A stretch of DNA of 64,000 bases from Eledone cirrhosa (Eukaryota). The stretch covers positions 28,954,001-29,018,000 of the forward strand of contig OZ024761.1 in NCBI GenBank assembly GCA_964016885.1. Direction: 5' to 3'. The notes under the pieces were generated by a model. The model was not told the DNA's origin. It was given only the letters and a program-made list of their open reading frames with translations, and ran no database searches. This document shows positions 40,685 to 55,886 of the stretch, one piece after another (positions within the stretch are counted from its first letter, which is position 1; each line of letters opens with the position of its first letter). Position numbers and translations under genes: made by a program.

Positions 40685-40685
<1 letters not shown>
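40263..40685. mobile_element. Fold-back element, family E, with HHRs at 40293-40353(-) and 40494-40554(+)
   Basis: 157-bp arms 40263-40419 and 40428-40584; TTTTGT-CTGATGA-AAGGcATACCA..TGGTATCCTT-GAAA-TATGTA-TA-ATGAAA. Confidence 0.83.
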
Positions 40686-40760
<75 letters not shown>

Positions 40761-40844
40761 TATTCATATATATATATATGTATGTATATATATATTTATA
40801 TATATGTATGTATATATATATTTATATATATGTATGTATGTATT

Positions 40845-40897
<53 letters not shown>

Positions 40898-40898
40898 T

Positions 40899-40929
<31 letters not shown>

Positions 40930-40980
40930 TTATATATATATATTTATATATATATATATGTATGTATTTATATATATATA

Positions 40981-41023
<43 letters not shown>

Positions 41024-41084
41024 TAAAATTTATTAAAATAACAGATTTTCGTCTTCAAATTTATTATTATTACTATTATTATTT

Positions 41085-41270
41085 GGATTGGCAGTATTGG
41101 TAGAGGGTCGGACGCCATGCTTTGACGCATAGAGTTACAGCCCTTCCCATTCTGAGTTCAAATCCCGCCAAGGTTAACTTTACCTTTCATCCTTACGGGG
41201 TCGATAAAATAAAGTACCAGTAATGCACTGGGTAATTGCTGGCCTTGTGCCAAAAGTAGAAACAATTATT
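41085..41270 (+). mobile_element. Nin/Deu-domain-like tRNA SINE
   Basis: Family consensus match; further copies at 45521-45712, 51024-51213, 51268-51408 and 58360-58540. Confidence 0.85.
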
Positions 41271-41414
41271 ATTAGTATTATTACTATATATATATATATA
41301 GTCTGTAATTAGCTGTCAAAATGAGAAGAGCTCAGCCATCGGGTTCTCAATATTGTTAAATAAAGTCAGCCTCTACTATCCCAAGTATATATATATATAT
41401 ACATATATACATAC

Positions 41415-42007
41415 TTGGGCATTGTGTGCAGAGGATATACGCAGACTGGAGAGGAACGAAGCTTGCATGTGAACGGCAAAGCATAAACGAACTAAGGGAG
41501 AAATTAGGAATAAGAGGGATCAGATGCTGTTTACTCGAGAGAAGGCTACGTTGGTATGGTCACGTGATGCGCATGAAATGCGCATGAAAGCTGTATAAAA
41601 AAAGTGCAGGGCGATAAAAATAGACGGTAGCCACGGAGTAGGCAGACCCAGAAAAACCTGGGACGACTTGATAAATTCCGACCTCACACACTTACACCTC
41701 TCCAAGACAATGTCACTGGACCGAGATCTTTGGTGCTACACAATTATAAAGAAGACCCGCCTTGCCTAAGTACAAAGCGAAACCTACAGTCAGAAGGCAC
41801 CTCTAACAAAAATACACCCCCGTCCCAGCCCCCACCCCATCCACACTGTAAACGTGGTTGGTGTTAGGAAGGGCATCCAGCCGTAGAAAACCCGCCAGAC
41901 AGTCTTATACGAGTAAGACAACCAATCATGCCTCAAGTGGGAAAATTCCCGTCCAAACCCATGCAAGCGTGGAAGATGGACGTTAAACGATGATGATGAT
42001 GATGATG

Positions 42008-42010
<3 letters not shown>
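41415..42010 (+). mobile_element. Degenerate RTE LINE 3' end with (GAT)n tail
   Basis: RRLRWYGHVMR...GRPRKTW; homologous to 11834-12200. Confidence 0.85.
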
Positions 42011-42070
<60 letters not shown>

Positions 42071-42399
42071 GCTGATGATGATATACAGTGTTATTGTTTT
42101 GGGTGGTGGTGGTTATAGTGGCAGTAGTGTTAGTGCTAGTACTGTTGTTGGTGTTGGTGTTGGTGGCAGTAGTGGTGTCAATAGTCTTAGTGCTAATGCT
42201 ATTGTTGCTGGTGTTGATGATGGTGGTGATGATGATGATGGTAAAAATGCTCTGCTGTTAAAAAGTAATTACTATAACAACTATTTCTTGTTCACCCCCT
42301 CCCAACCATTCCCCCCATCCCCAATACACCACCTGCTGCGTTAGACCTTAATTAGATGAAATTATTAATTAAAACGAAATTGTGAAACTGTAGGAAAAT

Positions 42400-43108
42400 A
42401 AATGAAAAACAACAACAGCAACAACAATAAATGAAACAAAAACAAAAAAACAATGAGTAAAACAACAACAAAAATAAACAATTAACAACAACAACAGTAA
42501 TAACAGCAGCAATAACAACAAGAGCAATAACAAGAACAACATCAATAAAAACAACAACTTCAGCAATAACAGCAACAACAGCAGTAATAACAACAACAGC
42601 AATAACAACAACAGCAATAACAACAACAGCAATAACAACAACAACAACAACAACAGCAATAATAACAACAATAACAACAACAGCAATAACAACAACAATA
42701 ACAACAACAGCAATAACAACAACAACAGCAATAACAACAACAATAACAACAACAGCAACAGCAACAGCAACAACAACAACAACAACAATAACAACAACAA
42801 CAATAACAACAACAGCAACAACAACAACATCAACAACAACAATAACAACAACAGCAATAACAATAACAGCAATAACAACAACAACAATAACAACAACAGC
42901 AATAACAACAACTGCAATAACAACAACAATAACAACAACAGCAATAACAACAATAACAACAATAACAGCAATAATAATAACAGCAATAACAACAACAGCA
43001 AGCTCTTCTGTTTAAGTTAACGAGTTCATATTTACATCTTGAAGATATATGGACTCAAATAACAGTCTTAGTTTAACAGTAGTAGTTATTGTAGTAGTAG
43101 TAGTTATT

Positions 43109-43144
<36 letters not shown>

Positions 43145-43164
43145 TAGTAGTAGTAGTAGTTATT

Positions 43165-43208
<44 letters not shown>

Positions 43209-43359
43209 TGTAGTAGTAGTTATTGTAGTAGTAGTAGTTATTGTAGTAGTAGTAGTAGTTGTAGTAGTAGTTATTGTAGTAGAAGTAGTGGTGGTGATGG
43301 TAGTAATAGTAGCTATTGTAGTAGTAGTAGTAGTTATTGTAGTAGTAGTAATAGTGGCG

Positions 43360-43392
<33 letters not shown>

Positions 43393-43483
43393 ATATTACT
43401 AGTAGTAGTAGTAGTTATTGTTGTAGTTGTAGGTTGCAGTTGTTGTCATTGTTGTTGTAGTAGTTGTAGTTATTGTTGTTGCT

Positions 43484-43522
<39 letters not shown>

Positions 43523-43570
43523 ATAGTAGTTGTTGTAGTTGCTGTTGTTGTTATAGCAGTTGTTGTAATT
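42400..43570. repeat. (CAA/CAG/TAA)n followed by (TAG)n triplet microsatellites
   Basis: Direct inspection. Confidence 0.95.
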
Positions 43571-43677
43571 GTGTGTGGAAAGGACATAACTGAAAGGTGA
43601 AGTTCACTTTGCAGTCATCAGGTCCCAGATTTGACCCCACAACATGTCACCTCTTGACCCTTTTGACATGGTGCCTA

Positions 43678-43950
43678 TCTACGGCAGGAAGTACATCCTA
43701 TCACCAACCATTTTACAGAGTGCACTTGGTGCATTGTTTAATCATATACAAACAGCTTTAAAGACACACAGTGCCTACAGCAGGATACTCTCCATAACAC
43801 CAACCATTTTACAGAGTGTACTAGGTGTGCTGTTTAGTTAAATACAAATAGCATTTGAGATGTGCTTCTACAGCAGGGTGCTCTTCTTATCACTAAGCAC
43901 TTCGTAGAGTGTACTCAATGCATTGTTTAATTATATACAGGCAGCTTTTT
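43678..43950. repeat. Three degenerate ~95-bp tandem units
   Basis: CTAC(A/G)GCAGG..CACCAACCATTTTACAGAGTG..TGTTTA repeated. Confidence 0.7.
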
Positions 43951-44386
43951 GAGATGATCATCTATTTCCTGTGTATAAAGCACCAACGTTGAGCATACTA
44001 CTAACACTTTCATTATCATATTTCTGAAGTTAAATTTGAAAACAATTAAGAATTTGGTGGGGGTGGGAGGATTTAGTAATGATATAACTAAGTTTCTCAT
44101 TATGAATCTGCTGTTTGGAACATAACTTAAATCAGGTTCTCAGATAAAATTTTGGGTGGAAGATTTTAAGATATATATATATATAAACACTTTTATATCT
44201 CTGAATCTTCTTTATGTTTGCCATAATCCAGTATTTGATTACTTGATCTTTACAATTTACACCTGATGATGTTGCCAAAGTCTTACATCATGATCCGATG
44301 ATATAAGCAGGCCATAGAAATATGTACTGAGATTTTCGAAACATTAAAAGAATATTTGGAATCTGGCATTCTGTTGACTTTAAAGT

Positions 44387-44420
<34 letters not shown>

Positions 44421-44423
<3 letters not shown>

Positions 44424-44912
44424 GGCTGCCAACTCGTTTTCGAGTGTGACTTTTTAGTCCAGCCAGCGACTTGAAAACTCTGGTACAAACACTACACTTG
44501 TGACAATTATTGACACATAGTGCTGGACCCTTGGTACCATGTGACGAGACAAGTGCAGAGAGATCTCCAGATATAAACAATGCCTGTGCCGTGAAGCTTT
44601 TATAGTGAGAAAAGGTACTGCACAAAGCCAGTCCCACTCTCTTAACCAAGATGATATTTACCAAAAAGAAGAACAAGTCAACATCATTGGATACCATCAG
44701 GGTTGCAGGTGTTATATCAGAGTTTTCCTTCTCCTAGAATTCTGCCTTGACAAAGGCTAAGGGGTCATCTCTCCCTGTGATTTTGGATGGCCATTGACTC
44801 TTAAGAGCTCCTTTGACAGGTTTTGTTTTTAGTCCTGCAGGATGTCCAAAGTCACCCTCCTCACCAAGAAACCTTGGTGGGGTTGCCAGTTTAGTCGCCA
44901 ACGACCCGACCA
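44421..44912 (-). mobile_element. Non-autonomous RTE-like derivative
   Basis: Homologous to 3281-3860. Confidence 0.72.
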
Positions 44913-47469
44913 TATATATATATACACAAACCTACTGTCAGTAGGCCCCTCTTAACCCAATGTACACCCCCCCCACACACACACACCCTACCCCATCCTC
45001 CCTTTTCCGTTCCACCCAGTGTCAATGACACAACAATCCACACTGTAAGCAAGGTCATGTAGGAAGCACAGTAAAAAGGCTCCCAGTCAACACTGTAAAT
45101 GTTAGGAAGGGCATCCAGCTATAAAAACCTGCCAGAGACACTTCTGGGCGGGCGAGACACGGTCTCCCGACCATTCCCGCATCAAATGGAACAAAACCGT
45201 CTAACCCATGCTAGCGTGGAAGATGGACGTTAAATGATGATGATGATATATACGTGTGTGTGTGTGTGTTAAGTATTCCCATTGAAAAAGAAAAGGATTG
45301 TCTAGTTTCCTGAAACCTTTGGTAATGGAATAATTATATTGTGTTGTTTATTATGTAATTAAATATATATATATTGTTATATTTGGGGAGGCTCATGTTG
45401 TTATAATATTGCCAGAACTAATAAAACATACTCACTGTTTGGTTTGGATTAGTTTTTGCTTCTGTATATTTTATATCCAAACCAAACAGTGAGTGTGTTT
45501 TATTATTATTTCTGGCAATAGGCGGTGAATTGGCAGTATTGGTAGAGTGTCGGATGCCATGCTTTGGCGCATAGAGTTACGGCCCTTGCCATTCTGAGCT
45601 CAAATCTCGCCGAGGTTAACTTTGCCTTTCATCCTTACGGGGTCGATAAAATAAAGTACCAGTAATGCACTGGATAATTGCTGGCCTTGTGCCAAAAGTA
45701 GAAACAATTATTAAAATAAATAAAGAAATCATTATTATTATTATTATTATATTATTTCTTGCTCTTTATTTTGTTTTGTCTTATTTTTTCAGGACAAGAT
45801 AGACAATCAAATTAGAACAGAGGTTTATATAAAGGATGTAAGAAGGTTTATTAAATAAATAATGAGAAAATGAGAAAATAATTTTTTGAAAATATTTTTC
45901 AAAAGAATTTAGGGAAGTTTTAAATAAATGGATAAAAGTAAAAGAAAATAGTTTTTACAGATAAACAAGAGATTTTCTTGGCTTTTTTTTAATGTATTAT
46001 TATTATCACCATTGTTGTTGTTGTTATTATTATTATTATTATTGTTATGGTTGTTGTTAATTTAATTTTTTTTTTGTTTTGTATTATTTAAATTTTATAT
46101 TTTATGTTTATTTTATTTTTATTTTTCCTCAAATTCCATTCTAGAATCAAGCTTCTTTTTCTTCTTTTTCTTTCTGTCTTCTTTTTTTCCTTTTTTCTTT
46201 TACTTTTTATTATTCTTTTACTTATTTCTCTTCTTTTTCATTTTCTTCTACTCCTCTACTCTATTCCTCTTCTTTTTCATCTCCACCTTCACCTCATCAT
46301 CATCATCACTGTCACCACCACCACCACCATTACTATTATTATTATTACTAGTATTATTATTATTATTATCATCAGTGTTGTTACCTTTATTATTACTATC
46401 ATCATCATCACCAGCATCTCATCTCTCACCTCCCCACCTTATCTCTCATCTCATCCTCCAACCGCCTCCCCCACCTCATCTCTCCACCTCCTCTTCCTCA
46501 TCATCTTTCACCTCCTCCCCACCTCATCTCACACCTCCTCCCCCTTATCTCTCCTCATCTCTCCTCTTCCACCTCATCTCTCCCCTACACCCCACCTCAT
46601 CTCTCACCTACACCCACCTCATCTATCACCTCACCCCCCTCATCTTTCACCTCCTCCCCCTCACATCTCACTCACACACCCCGCCCTCATCTCTCACCTC
46701 CTCCACCCATCTCTCCACCTCCACCATCTCATCTTTCCTGCTCCCACCACTCACCCCCCCCAGCTCATCTCCCCTCCCCACACTCACCTCATCTCTCCTC
46801 TTCCACACCTCATCATCTATCACCTCCTCCCGGCATCTCATCCTCTCACCTCCCTCACCCCCCCCCCCTGCTCCTCCCTCTCTTCGGAGATTTTTCCCAC
46901 TTAAAACAGAATGTGAGATAACCTGAAGGAGACATCAAAGAGATGTAGTTTTTTTTTTTTATTGAATTTCCAAGTGTCTTTATTTTGACTGAGGATGTGA
47001 CTCAGTGGAAGGAAAGATTAAGATGGTTAGGGCAGGGCAAGGAGAGGGGACAGGAGGTGGACGGGTTGTGTGTCTGTGTGTGTGTAGAGGGAGGTTATGT
47101 ATGTGTGTGTGTAGAGGGAGGTTATGTATGTGTGTGTGTCATGTGGAGGGGTTTTGCAGGAAATGGTATTAAAAATACTAGAAAACAATTGATTGTGTAT
47201 GCATGTGCCTGTGTGAGAAATTATATAAATTTCTGTATATATAATATATATACATATATATATATATATATATGCACATATATATAAAAATATATAGATA
47301 TATATTTATATATTTATTTATACATATATATATTTATATGTACACATATACGTATATATATTCATATATATATATACACACGCATGCATATATATATATA
47401 TATATATATATATAATTGAAAAAGTGAAGAATAACATGGTCAACAGTACAAAAAAGGGGGAGTTTATTT

Positions 47470-47581
47470 ACAGTCTAACAATTGTTTCTCTGATTACGTT
47501 GTCTAAAAACTGCTGAACACTAGAATCTGTGCCACTCAATTTCAAATACGATGTTAGCTCAATCAGGTCATCAGAAACTGT
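47470..47581 (-). ncRNA. Type I hammerhead with enlarged stem-loop II
   Basis: Minus strand: ACAGTTT-CTGATGA-cCTGATTG...TAATCAGa-GAAAC-AATT-GTT-AGACTGT. Confidence 0.72.
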
Positions 47582-48213
47582 TACAAACTTACATAGGAAT
47601 ACAAGTGAAATCATAAACTCGTCATCTAAGTTGAGTCAAACAATGCTGTATGCTAAAACTATCCATAATAAGAAGTATTCACAACCTCTAACTGGATTAC
47701 CTATAACGATATTTTGTTATCCTTTATATATATATATAATATATATAATCTCTAACAAAATACACCCCGTCCCACCACCCCCACCCGATCCACACCACCC
47801 CGTTCTATGTAAAGTTATGTTGGTGCCGCGCCATCGAGGCCGAAACAAATGAGATCGTGTAGGTGTCACGACAAAAAAACACACAGTCCACGCTGTAATG
47901 TGGCCGTGTAGGCAACACGGTAAAAACCTCCCAGACCCACACTGTAAATGTGGTTGGTGTTAGGAAGGGCATCCAACTGTAGAAAACCTGCCAGACAGTC
48001 CTATGCGAGCAAGACAATCACTCTTGCCTCAAGTGGGACTACCCCCGTCCAAACCCATGCAAGCGTGGAACACGGACGTTAAACATTGATGATGATGATG
48101 ATGATGATAATTGTTTCTACCTTTGGCACAAGGCCAGCAATTATCCCAGTATATTACTGGTACTTTATATTATCGACCCCGTAAGGATGAAAGGCAAAGT
48201 TAACCCGGCAGGA

Positions 48214-48250
<37 letters not shown>

Positions 48251-48758
48251 TTGTATACACACACATATATATACATATATATATCCCTTGTTCCGACTCA
48301 TTGTTATTGGACCTTACGCCCTTTTATAGTCTGTGTTCAAATCCCGCCGAGGTTAACTTTGCCTTTCATCCTTACGGGGTCAATAAAACAAAGTACCAGT
48401 AATGTACTGGGTAATTGCTGGCCTTGTGCCAAAAGTAAAAACAATTATTATTACATGGGTATATATATATATGTATGTATGTATACACACACACACATAT
48501 ATATACATATAAAAAAAAAAAAGGAACGATCGACTTTCTTCAAATGGGACCGAGGAAACAATGTTTCCGTTGGTCTTTCCAATTGCTAATACTATCTATC
48601 GGTCGCAACTCCAGGTAGAAGGAGCAACGTGAAATAAAGTGTCTTGCTCAAGGACATAACACATCACCTGGTCCAGGAATCGAACTCACAATCTCACGAT
48701 TGCGAATCCAATTCTCTAACCACTCAGCCACACGCCTTCTATATATATATATATTTAT

Positions 48759-48846
48759 GTTAAAACAATGAAATAAAAAATCAAGTCATTAGAGATATAC
48801 TGAAGTATATCTCTAATGACTTGATTTTTTATTTCATTGTTTTAAC
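48759..48846. repeat. Perfect hairpin with 42-bp arms and a 4-nt loop
   Basis: GTTAAAACAATG...GATATAC-TGAA-GTATATC...CATTGTTTTAAC. Confidence 0.9.
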
Positions 48847-48979
48847 TTATATCATGACTCTGTTTTCCTTTTAATGTTTTATTGTTTTCTGAGATTTATC
48901 TTAACCTACAACATTTTCAACATATGGATTACATCGAGTTCTTCATGCAGAATAGACCCCACAACTTACAGTGGATACC

Positions 48980-49039
<60 letters not shown>

Positions 49040-49597
49040 ATGCAAGCATGGAATAAGGGATGTTAAACGGTGATGATGTTGTATGTAAAAGATAAACAGA
49101 AATAACAAAATAAAACAACACAGTATATCCTTCATTGTTTCCAAACCCTTGTTTCTGACCCCATCACTTCTTGCTTCTCTCCCACCCCACCCATTCCTGC
49201 CTTTAAGCATGCCTGTAATCTCTATAACATTCTTGTGCACAATTCCTCCCCCTCCCTCTTCGCTAGGACTCCTCCTGGCTCCCATCCTTGTTCTTGACCC
49301 CACCTGCCCCTACATAACAAGCCTCACCACTCTCACAGGTATGAACCATTCCTTTAGCATTCAACACTCCTTCATTTGAACCTCCCCCAACGTCAAAACA
49401 CTGATCAGTGTTATCATAATTCCCCTAGTGTCTGCATTATTCTGTGTATTTAAAATGGTATTTCACAATAACCAGTCAACTATTGACGATAGCGATTTCA
49501 AGACATAATCAATTGCACATTAAGCAATGAAACATATGTTAATGCTTGGAATAAAACCCTATTATATCGCTTATCCATGTTAATCATCCTTTATCCG

Positions 49598-49635
<38 letters not shown>

Positions 49636-49657
49636 ATATGTGTGTATGTGTGTGTGT

Positions 49658-49760
49658 ATCCTGGGTTCAATCGGGAGTAATCATAGTAAACATAGTAAGT
49701 AAGGTACTCAATACATAGCAGAGTATAAATATTTACAGGACTAGAACTGTTTCATTCCTT
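49658..49760 (-). mobile_element. Family B tail fragment with HHR 3' half
   Basis: AAGTAAGGTACTCAATACA..GCAGAGTATAAA..ACAGGACTAGAACTGTTTCATTC; relative at 2465-2540. Confidence 0.7.
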
Positions 49761-49819
49761 CAAATGAAGCCATTTCTATATTAAACATATATTTATATAA
49801 ATATATATTTATATATGTT

Positions 49820-50553
49820 TCATCATTCATCATCATCATTTCATTTTACGTCCGCTTTTTCCCTGCTTGCAAGGGTGGGACGGGAACTGATTCTGGCTTG
49901 ATTTCTACAGCTGGATGCCCTTCCTAACACCAACCTCATTTACAGTGAGTGCTGGGTGCTTTTTTGCCGTGGCACCTACACGACCACTTTGCAGTGGAAT
50001 GATAGGGACCTCAGTCCCCTTCATCTCATTTCTACAGCTGAGTAAACTGAAGCAATGTGAAATAAAGTGTCTTGCTCAAGGAAACAACACATCACCTGGT
50101 CTGAGAATTGAACTCACAATCTTTCGATTGCAAGCCCAATGCTCTAACCACTAAGCCATGTGCCTCCATTTGTATATATATATATGTATGTATATATATA
50201 TATATGTATGTATGTAAAAGATAAATATATATCATCATCATTTTACGTCCGCTTTTCCCTGCTTGCAAGGGTGGGACAGGAACTGATTCTGGCTTGATTT
50301 CTACAGCTGAATGCCCTTCCTAACACCAACTACAGTGAGGTGCTTTTTTTCCGTGGCGCCTACACGTCCACTTTACAGTGTGGGCAGGGTGCTTTTTTGC
50401 CATGACACCTCCACAACCCCTTTACAGCTGAGTAAACTGGAGCAATGTGAAATAAAGTGTCTTGCTCAAGGAAACACACATCACCCGGTCTGGGAATTGA
50501 ACTCACAACCTTTCGATTGCAAGGCCAATGCTCTAACCACTAAGCCATGTGCC
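49820..50553 (-). mobile_element. Two tRNA/CORE-like SINEs with RTE tail
   Basis: 49820-50165 and 50232-50553. Confidence 0.85.
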
Positions 50554-50562
50554 TACACATAT

Positions 50563-50730
<168 letters not shown>

Positions 50731-51407
50731 AGTTCCCTAATATGTTCTGTCAAGTTCCATTATATTGCTATATAATAAACCCTATATTTTTCTTCAATAC
50801 TAATTTTAAAGATGGAAGTATGTAGCATCTGTTTCTAACAAAACTACCTCCTTATTTTCACCAAACAAATCACTGTCAATGAGTTATATGTCATAAAGAT
50901 AACACAAACAAACAATTAACAAACTAACATATTCCATTTTCTTTGTGCTTATTCTCATTTTTTTTGTTTAATTTCTTTTTTCCATTAATCTTGTTTTCTA
51001 AGTTGTTATCATTATTATCATTTGGCGGTGGATTGGCAGTATCGGTAGAGGGTCGGACGCCATGCTTTGACGCATAGAGTTACGGCCCTTGCCATTCTGA
51101 GTTCAAATCCCGCCACGGTTAACTTTGCTTTTCATCCTTATGGGGTCGATAAAATAATGTACCAGTAATGCACTGGGTAATTGCTGGCCTTGTACCAAAA
51201 ATAGAAACAATTATTATAATTATAATTATTCTCACTTATATTGTTATGTAGAAAATTGTTTTCTAAGGGCAGTGAATTGGCAGAATCGGTAGAGAATCAG
51301 ACAAAATGCTTTGCAGTATTTTTAAGTGATGTCCTTTTACATTCTGAGTTCAAATCCCGCCGAGGTTAGCTTTGCCTTTCATCCTTACGGGGTCAATAAA
51401 ATAAAGT

Positions 51408-51890
51408 ATCATCCAACCAATCATACATCCAACCAATCATACATCCAACCAATCAACCATCCAACTATCCACCCAACCATCCAACCAACCACGCAACCAT
51501 CTAACCATCCAACCAACCATCTATCTATCCAATCATCCAACCAACCATACAACCATCCAACCATTCAACCAGTCAACCATCCAACTAACCAACAATCCAA
51601 CCAACCAGCCAACCATCCAACCATCCAGCCATCCAACCACACAACCATTCAATTAATCAATCATCCAGTAATCCAACCATCCAACCAATCATACAACCAT
51701 TCAACCATCCAACCAACCACACAACCATCCAGCTAAACAACCACACAAACATCCAGCTAAACACCCATCCAACCACACAACCACAAAACCACACAACCAT
51801 CCAGCTAAACACCCATCCAACCACACAACCACACAACTATTCAATTACCCCACCATCCAACCACACAACCATTCAACCATCCAAACCACT
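51408..51890. repeat. (CCAA/CCAT)n microsatellite
   Basis: Direct inspection. Confidence 0.9.
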
Positions 51891-52225
51891 TCACTCTACT
51901 CTCTTCTACTTTACTGTAACACTATGTCATCATTCTTCAATATCTCTTGTACAATTCACAATTTACAATTCCCCATTTACCATTCAAGGAATATTACAAA
52001 ACAAGCCTCTATATAGATTGAAGAACTCTTCTTTTATTATCATTACCACTGGAACATTAACAAAGACGGCTTTTTCTTTAGATTCTTAACAATCCTACTT
52101 AATAATAACAACACAATTCTTTCTTCTTCTCATCTCTTCTCTATCAACTCCACTGGTTTTTCTCTTCCATCTTTTTAGAAATCTATAAAGAATCATTTAA
52201 CAGTGGCGTCGTAATCTCTCTCTCA

Positions 52226-52298
<73 letters not shown>

Positions 52299-52327
52299 CA
52301 TATATAAATATATATATAGATAGATAT

Positions 52328-52906
52328 GTTTCTTTATTAGCCACAGGGGCACAAAAGAAGGGGACAAATACAAAGGGGGAAGTTTACATACAATAAAAAC
52401 GTGTAAAATGCTATCACAAATGTAATTTAAAAATTAATCGATTTTCACTAATGGGGGAGACATTTCATATGGGTAACACATACCCCCGAAAAAATGTGCA
52501 ACCCTCATCTCCAGGAGTACGAAGAGTTTGTACCCCTTTCCTCTCTTCTTTTTCCTCGACCTACAGGCTGATATAGAGAGAAGGCCCATTCACTCGGGCC
52601 ATTCTCGCCACTTTCACCCACCTTTCATAAAACTTGCTGGGGTACAGCACCCCTCTCTCCATCCTGATTCTTCTTCCAAAGTGGTATTTGAAAAAAAGTA
52701 TCAGTTGTTGGCCGGAGAGAAAGGTGTCTGACCTCAGCCCTTTCAACCTTGTCCACCATACAACCTCTTTCGCCATAGCTATCACACAAAGGAAAACCAC
52801 CTCTCCATCGTTTTTGAAGGAGGGCGGCGGTTTGATCATGACAATGGAATCGGTGGTCAACCGGATTGGTCCCACCCGCGACAATAGAAATTCTACATAG
52901 CCCCAC
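52328..52906 (-). mobile_element. Tx1/L1-clade LINE 3' fragment
   Basis: LWGYVEFLL...[13 protein letters not shown]...FYERW then stop, 3' UTR and AATAAA near 52331-52340. Confidence 0.65.
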
Positions 52907-53053
52907 AGATAGATAGATAGATAGATATAGATAGATAGATATAGATATATAGATATAGATATATAGATATATATAAATATATAATAAGAAGTTGATGGAC
53001 CCAGCATATGTATCAATGCTAGGACCAGTATATATATATATATATAGACACAC

Positions 53054-53112
<59 letters not shown>

Positions 53113-53185
53113 CTCTCTCTCATACTCTCTCTCTCTATGTGTGTGTGGGTGTGTGTGGGTATATACACACATATATATATATTAA

Positions 53186-53480
53186 TCATCATCATCGTCA
53201 TCACCATCATCGTTTTTACGTCCATTTTTCCACACTTGCATGGGTTGGATGGGTCCTTTTCAGCACAGCATCTCTACACATCTCCACATACCACATTCCT
53301 TTGTTATGTCATCTCCTCTGCGAGTCTCAGCAATTTGAAATCAGCTCCCACCACCTCTGCCCAGGTCTTCCTTAGTCTACTTCTACTGTGGCTTCCTTCC
53401 ACCGAGATTCCCTGGCACTTCTTCACCAAGGAATCATCATGCATGTCCATACCAATGCAATCTTCGCTCTAGCATACCAC
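53186..53480 (-). mobile_element. Degenerate RTE LINE 3' end
   Basis: RKTWAEVVGADFKLLRLAEEM followed by AACCCATGCAAG..GGACGTAAAA tail. Confidence 0.75.
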
Positions 53481-53579
53481 ATCAGATTCCCCATAAACCC
53501 AGGTTCTCCCTCAGTTTATTCAACATCTGCCTTTCTCTGTACATATACATTGCACATCTAACGAAGCATGGTTGCTTGT

Positions 53580-55515
53580 TGTCTATGTGTCTGTATCTCT
53601 CCATGTCTGTCTCTGTGTGTCTATCTGTCTGTCTGTCTGTGTGTCTGTGTGTCTGTCTGTCTGTATGTCTGTGTGTCAGTTTGTCTGTCTGTCTGTCTGT
53701 CTGTGTGTCTATCTGTTTGTGTGTCTGTCTGTCTGTCTGTGTGTCTGTCTGTGTGTCTATCTGTCTGTGTGTCTGTCTGTCTGTGTGTCTGTATGTCTGT
53801 GTGTCGATCTGTCTGTGTGTCAGTCTGTCTGTCCGTCTGTCTGTCAATGTGTCTATCTGTCTGTATGTCTGTGTGTCAGTCTGTCTGTCTGTGTGTCTAT
53901 CTGTCTGACTGTCTGTCTGTCTGTGTGTCTGCATGTCTGTGTGTCAGTCTGTCTGGGTGTCTATCTGTTTGTGTGTCTGTCTGTGTGTCTATCTGTCTGT
54001 CTGTCTGTCTGTCTGTGTGTCGATCTGTCTGTGTGTCAGTCTGTCTGTCTGTCTGCGTGTCTATCTGTCTGTGTGTCTGTCTGTCTGTGTGTCTGTCTGT
54101 CTGCCTGTCTATCTGTCTGTAATCTGTGTGTCTGTCTGTCTGTATGTAGGTCTATCTGTGTGTCTATCTGTCTGTCTGTCTGTCTGTCTGTGTGTCGATC
54201 TGTCTGTGTGTCAGTCTGTCTGTCTGTCTGCGTGTCTATCTGTCTGTGTGTCTGTCTGTATGTCTGTCTGTATGTCTGTGTGTCTGTCTGTCTGCCTGTC
54301 TATCTGTGTGTCTGTCTGTCTGTATGTAGGTCTATCTGTGTGTCTATCTGTCCACCTGTCTGTCCATCTGTCAGCCAGACTGTCTGTCTGTCTGACATTA
54401 CAATAAATATTACATCACTGTATTCCACCTCCCACTACCACCCCTTACCATCCCCTACCACTCTAACCCTAACCACCACCATCCCCTACTACCACCACCA
54501 TGCCCACCACTAACACAACCACCATGTCCATAAACTACCACCACACCACCAGCATCAACTACAACCACCACCACTGCAACCACCACCATACCACCATTAC
54601 ATCCACCATTACAACCACCTACACTGCCACCGCCACCATATCACCACCACCATTACAACCACCACCACTGGTGCCACCATCACCACCACTACAAACACAA
54701 TCACTATCACCACCACTGCTACTACAACCACCATCACAACCAACACCACCACTATCAATATTACAACCACCACCACCACACCACCATCACCACCACCACC
54801 ACTACACAACCACCACCACACCATCACCACTACACAACCACCACCACCACAACCACCACTACACAACCACCCCACCACCACCACCACTACTACACAACCA
54901 CCACCACCACCACTACACAACCACCACACCATCACCACCACCACTACACAACCACCACCACCACCACACCATCACCACTACACAACCATCACCAGCACCA
55001 CCACTACACCACCACCACCACCACTACACAACCACCACCACCACTACTCAACCACCACCACCACCATCACCACTACACAACCACCACCATCACCAATACA
55101 ACCACAACGACACCACCACCACTACACAACCACTACACAACAACCCAGCAACCACACCACCACCACTACACAACCACCACCACACCACCCACACCACCCA
55201 CACCATCACCACTACACAACCACCACCACCACCAATACAACCACAACCACACCACCACCACCACCACTACACAACCACTACACAACAACCCAGCAACCAC
55301 ACCACCACCACTACACAACCACCACCACACCACCCACACCACCCACACCATCACCACTACACAACCACCACCACCACCAATACAACCACAAACACACCAC
55401 CACCACCACCACCACCACCACAACCATACAACCACCCCGCCCACACCATCACCACCACTACACAACCACCACCACCACACAACCACCACCACACCACCCC
55501 AACCACCACCACCAT
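53580..55515. repeat. (TGTC)n followed by (CAC)n compound microsatellites
   Basis: Direct inspection. Confidence 0.95.
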
Positions 55516-55663
55516 CCCTCCCTCCCTCCCTCCCTCTGTATCATAATTCAAATCGCTGATCTAAGCTTGTTTGCCTGTAAGCCATTCCCAGACACCAATC
55601 TGTTGAAAGAACTGGCTGTCGGAAGAACATCACAACTTTTCAAAATATGAACAGGAAATAAAG

Positions 55664-55704
<41 letters not shown>

Positions 55705-55855
55705 TATGATGATGATGGTGATGATGATGTTGAAGGATAATGATGTTGGTGGTGATGTTGTTGGTGTTGGCGTTGAGGCTGCTGTTGCTGCTGATGATGC
55801 TTGCAATGTCAAAATATTTCATTACATCATACACAAATGTTCACTTCTAAATCAT

Positions 55856-55886
<31 letters not shown>

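Noticed and set aside
44258-44332. CTGATGA...GAAATATGTA
   Set aside because: No complementary stem I
55575-55625. Possible minus-strand micro-exon (TTCTTTCAACAG|ATTGGTGTCTGGGAATGG)
   Set aside because: No canonical GT donor and no supporting neighbouring exons
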